Source: an uncultured Acidobacteriota bacterium (GTDB taxonomy: Bacteria > Acidobacteriota > Terriglobia > Acidiferrales > UBA7541). From it: a stretch of DNA of 64,000 nucleotides. Positions 57,307-64,000 of this stretch are shown here, one piece after another. Under the pieces are notes generated by a model, which was given only the letters and a program-made list of their open reading frames with translations, did not search any database and was not told the DNA's origin. Where the stretch lies: contig CAVUYT010000018.1 of NCBI GenBank assembly GCA_963745805.1, positions 114,294 to 178,293 on the forward strand, in the 5' to 3' direction. The translations under genes were made by a program, and so were the position numbers. Each line of letters starts with the position of its first letter. Within the stretch, counting starts at the first letter, position 1.

Positions 57307-58326
57307 ATGCCCAACACTCTGATTAATCCCGAACGCATCGCCGCCACCGAACTGATCATCCGGCCGCATATTCGCCGTACTCCCGTCCTGGAGGCGGACG
57401 GCGCAGACTTCGGTCTCGCTTCTATTCCTCTCCTCTTCAAACTGGAACTTCTCCAGTATTCCGGCTCCTTCAAAGCGCGCGGAGCGTTCGCTAATCTGCT
57501 TTTGCGAAAAATTCCGCAAGCCGGTGTCGTCGCCGCCTCCGGGGGTAACCACGGCGCAGCCGTTGCGTTTGCGGCCATGAAACTCGGTGTGCCCGCAAAG
57601 ATCTTCGTTCCGACCGTCGCTTCGCTGGAAAAAATCGAGCGCATTCGCGGCTATGGCGCGGATCTCGTCGTGACCGGCGAACGTTACGCCGAAGCGCTGG
57701 CCGCTAGTGAGCGCTGGGCCGCCGAGTCTGGCGCGCTTACCCTGCATGCCTACGACCAACCCGAGACGATGCTCGGCCAAGGCTCCGTTGCTCTCGAACT
57801 CGACCAGCAGGCTCCTCATCTCGATTCCTTGCTCGTGGCTGTTGGCGGCGGCGGTCTTATCGGCGGCGTCGCCTCCTGGTATGCGAACCGCATCAAGATT
57901 GTCGGCGTCGAACCTGAAGCCGCGCCGACTTTGTACAACGCCCTGCAAGCCGGACGTCCCATCGATAGCCCCGCAGGAGGAATTGCCGCTGATTCGCTCG
58001 CTCCGAAACGCGTCGGCGAACTGATGTTCCCCATCGCGCAGAAATATGTCCACAATGTGCTGCTTGTAACTGACCCGGAAATTCAGCAAGCGCAGGAGGC
58101 TCTCTGGAAAGCGCTCCGCATTGTAGCGGAACCTGGAGGCGCTGCCGCTTTTGCGGCAATCCTTTCTGGCCGCTACCAACCGCAGGCAGGCGAGCGTGTA
58201 GGCGTTCTCGTCTGTGGAGGAAATACGGCGGCCGTTGATTTTGCGCACGCGCCGGCCGCTAAGTCGAAAGATAACTCCGCGTCTTTCTCAAACAAAGCTG
58301 TCTCTCAATCCATTAAAGGAGACTAA
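57307..58326 (+). CDS. PLP-dependent serine/threonine dehydratase (threonine ammonia-lyase-like, no regulatory domain)
   Basis: PLP-lysine motif YSGSFKARGA, ASGGNHG, and glycine loop VAVGGGGLIGG. 339 aa. Confidence 0.85.
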   Translation: MPNTLINPERIAATELIIRPHIRRTPVLEADGADFGLASIPLLFKLELLQYSGSFKARGAFANLLLRKIPQAGVVAASGGNHGAAVAFAAMKLGVPAKIFVPTVASLEKIERIRGYGADLVVTGERYAEALAASERWAAESGALTLHAYDQPETMLGQGSVALELDQQAPHLDSLLVAVGGGGLIGGVASWYANRIKIVGVEPEAAPTLYNALQAGRPIDSPAGGIAADSLAPKRVGELMFPIAQKYVHNVLLVTDPEIQQAQEALWKALRIVAEPGGAAAFAAILSGRYQPQAGERVGVLVCGGNTAAVDFAHAPAAKSKDNSASFSNKAVSQSIKGD

Positions 58327-58327
58327 G

Positions 58328-58783
58328 ATGTCCGTCTACGAAAAACTAAAGACATTAGGAATTTCGCTGCCTCCCGTCGCGCCACCAGCCGCCGCGTTCT
58401 TGCCCTCCGTGCGCACCGGTAATTTGATCTTCGTCTCCGGGCATATTGCGAGGAAGGAAGGGCAGCCGTGGACTGGAAAACTCGGCGCGGACCTCAACAC
58501 CGCTCAAGGAAAAGAGGCCGCAGTAGGAATTGCCATCCAGTTGCTCGCAACGCTCCACGCTGCGACCGGAGATCTCAACAAGATCGCACGAATCGTCAAG
58601 CTGCTGGTGCTGGTGAATAGTGCCCCCTCCTTCACCGAGCAGCATCTCGTGGCCAATGGTGCTTCCGAACTTTTCGGCGAGATTTTCGGAGAACGCGGCA
58701 AACACGCAAGAAGTGCTTTCGGCGTCGCCCAAATTCCCCTGGGTGCCTGCGTTGAAATCGAGCTGATTGCAGAGACAAGTTGA
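58328..58783 (+). CDS. RidA/YjgF-family (reactive enamine/imine deaminase-like) protein
   Basis: ATG 58328, 2 nt after the dehydratase stop. GNLIFVSGHIA...KIARIVKLLVLVNS...ARSAFGVAQIPLGACVEIELIAE is the typical YjgF-fold sequence. Confidence 0.8.
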   Translation: MSVYEKLKTLGISLPPVAPPAAAFLPSVRTGNLIFVSGHIARKEGQPWTGKLGADLNTAQGKEAAVGIAIQLLATLHAATGDLNKIARIVKLLVLVNSAPSFTEQHLVANGASELFGEIFGERGKHARSAFGVAQIPLGACVEIELIAETS

Positions 58784-58843
58784 ACCGCGCCGAACTAGGC
58801 CGAACAGAAACGGCGCTCTTCTTGACTCACAAGTGAAACAAGT

Positions 58844-60502
58844 TCACGACTCAAACGACCAGCGCCCGCCCACCATCGTGCGCTCGATCGGAATCGTGAC
58901 CAGCGTTGATGGATTCTCGTGAAACGGATCGCGGCCCAACACTACCAAGTCGGACAGCTTCCCTGCTTCGATCGACCCCTTGATGTTTTCTTCGTACGAG
59001 GCATACGCGCCGTTCAATGTTCCAACTCGGATGGCCTCTTCGATCGTGATGCGTTGCTTCGGACCCCAGAGGTTTCCCTTGCTGTCCGTGCGCGTTACTT
59101 CAGATTGCAGCGCCATCATGGGCTCGAACGGCCCGGGCGGATAATCCGAAGCCTGCGTCGGACGAATTCCCGCATCGATAAGACTGCGCAGCGCAAACAT
59201 GTGATTCAGCCGCTCCGCGCCGTAGTAGCGCATTTTTTCGCCATGATAATAGACGTACGTAGAAAACGGCGTCGGTATGGCGCCCAGGGCTTTCATGCGC
59301 GCGATCAAATCATCGTTCACCACTGTGCAGTGCTCCAGACGGAAACGCGGATCCCTCCGCGGCGATTCGTGTTGCAACCGTTCGTACACGCGCAACGTCG
59401 TATCGATCCCTACGTCCCCGTTCGCATGTGTGCCGATCTGCCAGCCTGCGAGATGCGCTTTGCGGCCGTTCGTGTACATCTCGTCTTCGGTCATGACCAG
59501 AATGCCGTAATCGTTCGGGCGCCCTTCGTATGGCGTGGACAGCCGTGCCGTTCGCTCGGATATCGATCCATCGCAAACCAGCTTCACCGCCCCAACCCGC
59601 ACCCATTCGTCCCCAAGACCAGTGCGTACTCCGGCCGCGATCATCTCATCGAGAAAATGATAGTTGATGAAGTTGTACGCGCGGTACAGCAACTCGCCGG
59701 CCTCATGCGCATCCTGATAAGCGCGCAAATCGTTTGGCGTGCCCTGCGCCTCGGTCGCGGAAGTGATTCCGGTTCGCGCGAGCATTTTGGAGATTAGCTT
59801 CACGCCCTCGCGGCAATCGTCCCGGCTAAATTGCAAAGGAATGGCTTTCTCGAAATAATTATTCGCGCTCTCGGCGACTCGGCCGCTAAGCTTCCCTGTC
59901 GCAGGATCATGGCTAATCTGCCCGCCGGGAGGATCGGGCGTTTTCTCGTCGATTCCCGCTTTGCGAAAAGCCAGCGAGTTCGCGTACGCCGTGTGTCCAC
60001 CGCGATGCTGGATATGAACCGGATGGTCCGGCACAGCGGCATCCAGGTCCGCGATGGTTAGCGCCCGGCCTTCTTCTGTTTTCGTATCGTCATATTTGAA
60101 TCCGAGCACCCATTCGCCAGCGGGCGTCTTCGCCGCGCGCTCTCGGAGCGCGGCTTGAATCGCCTGAATCGAGCGAAGGTCGCAGTCCACCATCCGCAGA
60201 TGCAATTGGCCAGCCTGAGCGGGATGCGAGTGTGCGTCGATAAATCCTGGAAGCACGGTTTTTCCGCCCAGGTCGATTTTCCGGACTCCCGCCCCCGCGA
60301 AGTTCAGCACGTCGCTGTTGCTGCCTACTGCGAGAAATCTGCCATGGGCAATCGCCACTGCTTGCGCGCGCGGCTCCGTTGCGTTCACCGTCCAGATGTT
60401 TCCGTTGTGCAGGATCAGCTCAGGCTTTTCCTGCTCCAGCGGAAACATCGTTAATGCAGCCATCGAGCCGAGAAACTCGCGGCGTGTCGAGCCTTGCGTC
60501 AT
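58844..60502 (-). CDS. metal-dependent amidohydrolase (amidohydrolase_3-like), possibly Tat-exported
   Basis: N-terminus MTQGSTRREFLGSMAAL. Metal-ligand motif GFIDAHSHP, later GTHANGD and DDLIARMKALGAIPTPF. 552 aa. Confidence 0.85.
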   Translation of the reverse strand: MTQGSTRREFLGSMAALTMFPLEQEKPELILHNGNIWTVNATEPRAQAVAIAHGRFLAVGSNSDVLNFAGAGVRKIDLGGKTVLPGFIDAHSHPAQAGQLHLRMVDCDLRSIQAIQAALRERAAKTPAGEWVLGFKYDDTKTEEGRALTIADLDAAVPDHPVHIQHRGGHTAYANSLAFRKAGIDEKTPDPPGGQISHDPATGKLSGRVAESANNYFEKAIPLQFSRDDCREGVKLISKMLARTGITSATEAQGTPNDLRAYQDAHEAGELLYRAYNFINYHFLDEMIAAGVRTGLGDEWVRVGAVKLVCDGSISERTARLSTPYEGRPNDYGILVMTEDEMYTNGRKAHLAGWQIGTHANGDVGIDTTLRVYERLQHESPRRDPRFRLEHCTVVNDDLIARMKALGAIPTPFSTYVYYHGEKMRYYGAERLNHMFALRSLIDAGIRPTQASDYPPGPFEPMMALQSEVTRTDSKGNLWGPKQRITIEEAIRVGTLNGAYASYEENIKGSIEAGKLSDLVVLGRDPFHENPSTLVTIPIERTMVGGRWSFES

Positions 60503-60597
60503 GGGCGCCTTTCCAGTAATGGAGGTTGCCGCGAATCCTACGCTCCGCCAAGTTCCGCGTCAACGCGCCCTGTTTTTCTGCGCCTCGCATCCGGTAC

Positions 60598-60658
60598 TTG
60601 ACATCTTGCTTGGTTTTTCGTATAGGTAGAACTTCTAGGCTTAACTGTAGAACTCCTA
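60598..60658 (+). promoter_or_regulatory. candidate promoter plus two tandem operator-like half-palindromic boxes upstream of the second padR
   Basis: TTGACA (60598-60603), 17 nt, TATAGG (60621-60626), immediately followed by TAGAACTTCTA (60627-60637; palindrome TAGAA-C-TTCTA) and TAGAACTCCTA (60648-60658) spaced 21 nt start to start. The padR ATG is at 60668. Confidence 0.4.
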
Positions 60659-60667
60659 GGTGTATAG

Positions 60668-61003
60668 ATGCCTCAAGAAAAACCGGAGCTCCTCAAGGGA
60701 ACTCTCGACATGCTCATCCTCAAGATCGTCGCGCTCGGTCCCATTCATGGCTACGCCATCTCCCAGCGCATCCAGCAAATCTCCAAGGATTTCTTCCAAG
60801 TCCCGCAAGGCTCGCTCTATCCCGCGCTGCATCGCTTGGAAGACCGTGGATGGCTCACTGCCGACTGGCGCGAATCCGAAACGGGACGCGACGCAAAATT
60901 TTATACCCTCACCAGAAAAGGCCGCAGACAACTGGAGACCGAGCTAGTTTATTGGGAGCGGCTCTCGGACGCCGTGGCCCTGATCCTGCGCACCGCGGAA
61001 TAG
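60668..61003 (+). CDS. PadR-family winged-HTH transcriptional regulator
   Basis: [80 protein letters not shown] is a canonical PadR sequence. Confidence 0.92.
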   Translation: MPQEKPELLKGTLDMLILKIVALGPIHGYAISQRIQQISKDFFQVPQGSLYPALHRLEDRGWLTADWRESETGRDAKFYTLTRKGRRQLETELVYWERLSDAVALILRTAE

Positions 61004-61014
61004 GAGGCGCCTCC

Positions 61015-63642
61015 GTGCATTGGCTCCGCCGTATTTTTCACAAACAGCAGTCCGAAAAACTTCTCGACGCCGAGCTCCGCTTCCATCTCGAGCGACAAAT
61101 CTCAGACTACATCGCGGCAGGCTTGCCTCCCGAAGAAGCCCGCCGCCGAGCCCACCTCGATTTCGGCGGCCTCGAATCCATCAAGCAGCAAACCCGCGAA
61201 GCTCGCCGGGGGAATTTCATTGAAATTCTAAGGCAAGACGTCCGCTACGGATTCCGCATGCTTGGCAAGAATCCCGGCTTCACCACGGTAGCCGTGCTGA
61301 CCCTGGCGCTCGGCATCGGTGGCACGACCGCGATCTTTTCTGTCGTGAGTTCTGCTCTGCTTCGCCCTCTTCCTTACCATGACCCCTCACAGCTCGTCTG
61401 GGTTGCCGACGAAAACCCGCGCGCCCACATGACCGTGGTGCTTGAATCTGACTATTTTGCGTATCAGCAGCTCAAAGGGATTTTCCAGGACGTCGCTGCT
61501 TATGAGCCCGGCGAGACCCACACGTTGACGGGCTTCGGAGATGCGGTTCGTCTGAATGGAGGCGCGGTCACTTACAACTTTTTCGACGTTCTCGGCGTTC
61601 TCCCGCAGATGGGCCGCTCGTTTCTTCCGGAAGAGGATCGCGCCGGCGTCGCGCACACAGTTTTGCTCACGGATACCTGCTGGCGTCAGCACTTCTCCTC
61701 CGATGCGAACATTATTGGCCGCTCCATCGCACTCGACAATGAATCCTATTCCGTCATCGGAGTGCTGCCTCCGCAGTTCGAATTCCTGGACAACCCTCGC
61801 GTCGCAGTGATAGTTCCACTGGCATTGCAAAACCGGGAGATCTCCATCACGAAACCCATGCGCCTGGTCCGCGCAGTGGGCCGTTTGCGCCAAGGGATAA
61901 CTCCTGCCGCGGCGGCTGCAAATGTGGATGCCGCCAATCAGCGCATCTGGGCCGGATATCCGCCGAGTTGGGCCGGCATGATGGAAGGAACACGCGCGCA
62001 AGTCCTCCCCCTCCGTGAACACCTGGTCGGAAAAGCGCAGCCTGCTCTCTTGGTCTTGCTTGCCGCGGTTGCTTCCGTGCTGCTGATCGCTTGCTTGAAC
62101 ATCGCGAATCTTCAGTTGGCACGTGGTGTTTCGCGGGAAAAAGAAATCGCCATCCGCGGAGCGCTGGGCGCCGGCCGCTCGCGCCTCTTGCGCCAACTGC
62201 TCACGGAGAATCTGATCATTTCGCTTGCAGGCGGCGCCAGTGGCCTTGCTGTCGCTGCCTGGTTAGTCAGAGTATTGCGCACCAGCGGCCCCGCCAATAT
62301 TCCTCATCTCGCTACCTCGCAGCTGAATCTGCCCGTGTTTGCTTTCGCCTTGATCGTCTCGCTGGCTACCGGCATTCTCTTCGGTCTCGCGCCTATGCTG
62401 GCTGCATCTCGCGTGCCGATTTTGGAAACAATCAAGGAGAGCGGAACACCCACCGGACCTTCATGGAAGATCGGACGGTCGCACAATCTCCTGACGGTGA
62501 TCGAACTCGCCGCGGCGCTTGTCCTCTTCATTGGCGCCGGACTGTTGGTGAGGAGTTTCGCCCAATTGACCTCCGTACCGCCAGGTTTTGATGCGCGCGG
62601 CGTACTCACCGCGCAAATTTCTTTGCCGATCAACCTCTATAAGACCCAAGAGCAACAACTCGCTTTTTTCCGCAGTCTCGAGAAACGCCTCATCTCTCTC
62701 CCGGGCGTCGAGTCCGCGGCGCTTGCGAATGTGCTTCCACTGCAAGGCTTCAATCTCGGATCATGGGTTCAACGCGAAGAACTTCCGCCCGCACCGCCGG
62801 GAACTTCACCCACCACTGGAGTGGGCGTTGTCACTCCGGGATACTTCTCCGTGCTGCATATTTCTTTGGTCCAAGGCCGGCTGCTCGATTCCCGGGACGG
62901 TCGCGTGTCTCCCAATGACCTCGTCGTGAATGAAGCATTTATTCGTCGCTATTTCCCCAACGAGAACGCCCTCGGAAAACGGCTGAAGGTTGCGGACCAG
63001 GGCATATGGACCATCGTGGGAGTGGTACGCGACTCCAAGCAACGAGGCTTGGCGGCCGATATCGAGCCCGAGATATTCATTCCCGTCGAAAAATGGTGTC
63101 CTCCTGAATTGACCGTGCTGCTTCGCCTCCAGCGTGACCCCATAACATTTCTGCCGTCTGTCCGAGCCGTGGTCTCGCAACTCGACAAGAATCTCCCGCT
63201 CTTCGATGTGCAAACCATGGACAGCCTGCTCAACGGAGAACTCGCTGCGCAACGCTTTAACGCTGCCCTCCTCGGCGCCTTTGCGATATTCGCCGTGTTC
63301 CTTGCGGCCATCGGCATTTATGGTGTGATGGCCTATTCGGTTCACCAGCGTGTTCGCGAGGTTGCCATTCGCATGGCTTTGGGTGCGGAGCCGCGCGACG
63401 TGCTTTGGATGATCCTATCTCGCGGCTTAGTCCTAGCTGCAACGGGACTTGTTTTTGGGCTCGCAGGCGCGTTTGCGTTGACCAGGCTCTTGGGAACCCT
63501 GCTCTACAGAGTCCGCCCCTCCGATCCGGCGACCTTCGTTGGCGTAACCCTGGCGCTGCTGGCGGTTGCTCTTGCTGCTTGTTGGATTCCCGCAAGGCGG
63601 GCGATGCGCGTTGATCCCATGGTCGCCCTCCGCTATGAATAA
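61015..63642 (+). CDS. ADOP-type duplicated FtsX/MacB-like permease (MHWL subtype)
   Basis: Track ORF 60526..63642 is over-extended, since it overlaps padR in another frame. GTG 61015 is preceded by TAGGAGG and gives [52 protein letters not shown], then [10 protein letters not shown]. FtsX modules [39 protein letters not shown] and [23 protein letters not shown]-terminus [18 protein letters not shown]. Confidence 0.9.
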   Translation: MHWLRRIFHKQQSEKLLDAELRFHLERQISDYIAAGLPPEEARRRAHLDFGGLESIKQQTREARRGNFIEILRQDVRYGFRMLGKNPGFTTVAVLTLALGIGGTTAIFSVVSSALLRPLPYHDPSQLVWVADENPRAHMTVVLESDYFAYQQLKGIFQDVAAYEPGETHTLTGFGDAVRLNGGAVTYNFFDVLGVLPQMGRSFLPEEDRAGVAHTVLLTDTCWRQHFSSDANIIGRSIALDNESYSVIGVLPPQFEFLDNPRVAVIVPLALQNREISITKPMRLVRAVGRLRQGITPAAAAANVDAANQRIWAGYPPSWAGMMEGTRAQVLPLREHLVGKAQPALLVLLAAVASVLLIACLNIANLQLARGVSREKEIAIRGALGAGRSRLLRQLLTENLIISLAGGASGLAVAAWLVRVLRTSGPANIPHLATSQLNLPVFAFALIVSLATGILFGLAPMLAASRVPILETIKESGTPTGPSWKIGRSHNLLTVIELAAALVLFIGAGLLVRSFAQLTSVPPGFDARGVLTAQISLPINLYKTQEQQLAFFRSLEKRLISLPGVESAALANVLPLQGFNLGSWVQREELPPAPPGTSPTTGVGVVTPGYFSVLHISLVQGRLLDSRDGRVSPNDLVVNEAFIRRYFPNENALGKRLKVADQGIWTIVGVVRDSKQRGLAADIEPEIFIPVEKWCPPELTVLLRLQRDPITFLPSVRAVVSQLDKNLPLFDVQTMDSLLNGELAAQRFNAALLGAFAIFAVFLAAIGIYGVMAYSVHQRVREVAIRMALGAEPRDVLWMILSRGLVLAATGLVFGLAGAFALTRLLGTLLYRVRPSDPATFVGVTLALLAVALAACWIPARRAMRVDPMVALRYE

Positions 63643-63693
63643 GGGATACAGAGTGGCCACGATGCAAAGAACGGCAGAAAAGGGGGTGTGAAA

Positions 63694-64000
63694 ATGCACT
63701 GGCTAACTCGCCTCTTCCGAAAACAGCAAGCAGAAAAGCATCTCGACGCCGAGCTCCGCTTCCATCTCGATCGCCAAATCTCAGACTACGTCGCGGCAGG
63801 CTTGCCTCCCGAAGAAGCCCGCCGCCGAGCCCACCTCGATTTCGGAGGCCTCGAATCTATCAAACAGCAAGCCCGCGAATCCCACCGTGCACATCTGCTC
63901 GAAACACTGCTCCTGGATGTGCGCTACGCCGTCCGTATGCTGCGCAAAAATCCCGGATTTACCATCGCTGCGGCAATCACGCTGGCCCTCGGCATCGGCG
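63694..64000 (+). CDS. ADOP-type permease, N-terminal part (3' end outside window)
   Basis: Not in the ORF track because it has no stop in the window. Hand translation from ATG 63694: [102 protein letters not shown]. Same architecture as the 61015 gene. Confidence 0.85.
   Translation, partial: MHWLTRLFRKQQAEKHLDAELRFHLDRQISDYVAAGLPPEEARRRAHLDFGGLESIKQQARESHRAHLLETLLLDVRYAVRMLRKNPGFTIAAAITLALGIG

Noticed and set aside
60526-61014. N-terminal 163-codon extension of track ORF 60526..63642
   Set aside because: The extension overlaps the bona fide PadR gene (60668-61003) in another frame and translates to Arg/Pro-rich noise. A GTG at 61015 with a TAGGAGG RBS gives the family-typical N-terminus (V/M)HWLRRIF.
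1-64000. CRISPR arrays, rRNA genes, IS elements/transposases, integrases, prophage genes, toxin-antitoxin pairs, reverse transcriptases
   Set aside because: I looked for regularly spaced direct repeats, rRNA-like conserved stretches, and DDE, tyrosine-recombinase or RT motifs in all listed ORFs. None were seen. Small elements below my visual detection limit cannot be excluded.

Overview
GC-rich 64-kb chromosomal segment. Its gene content points to an Acidobacteriota (Terriglobia-like) genome; this is inference from PadR-linked arrays of 'ADOP' duplicated FtsX/MacB-like permeases, an Oar-like CarboxypepD_reg/TonB-dependent outer-membrane protein, and Hanks kinases with PEGA or TPR tails. I call 43 protein genes and one tRNA-Arg(CCT). 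I saw no rRNA, CRISPR array, transposase or integrase. Layout: (i) 1-13.1 kb, five tandem ADOP permeases with a single PadR; (ii) AsmA-like gene, secreted hypothetical, tRNA; (iii) cydAB; (iv) a copper module of a Cys-rich small protein, a multicopper oxidase and a TolC-like OMF with a Met/His-rich N-terminus; (v) 22.4-31.7 kb, two Ser/Thr kinases bracketing a HEAT-PilZ gene that is itself bracketed by inverted repeats; (vi) 31.9-36.9 kb, small stress/xenobiotic-type genes (three VOC genes plus a possible VOC relic at 28.6 kb, two DUF1801, SRPBCC, ArsR); (vii) Oar-like receptor and rmuC; (viii) 42.5-50.3 kb, a divergent signalling cluster of GAF/HD-GYP + membrane protein + Ig-like secreted protein against PP2C-FHA-CHASE2 cyclase; (ix) an RND-adaptor-OMF efflux operon; (x) ArsR, Ser/Thr dehydratase + RidA, amidohydrolase; (xi) a second PadR plus two more ADOPs. 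The best candidates for something new are: the PadR/ADOP system (seven orphan permeases, no ATPase, a decayed PadR relic, and near-identical nucleotide blocks confined to the N-terminal helical prefix); the nucleotide second-messenger/phospho-Ser/Thr cluster; the inverted-repeat-flanked HEAT-PilZ gene; and the oxidase-OMF copper pair. All functional calls are motif-level readings of the translations. No searches or computations were run, and start codons are often uncertain.
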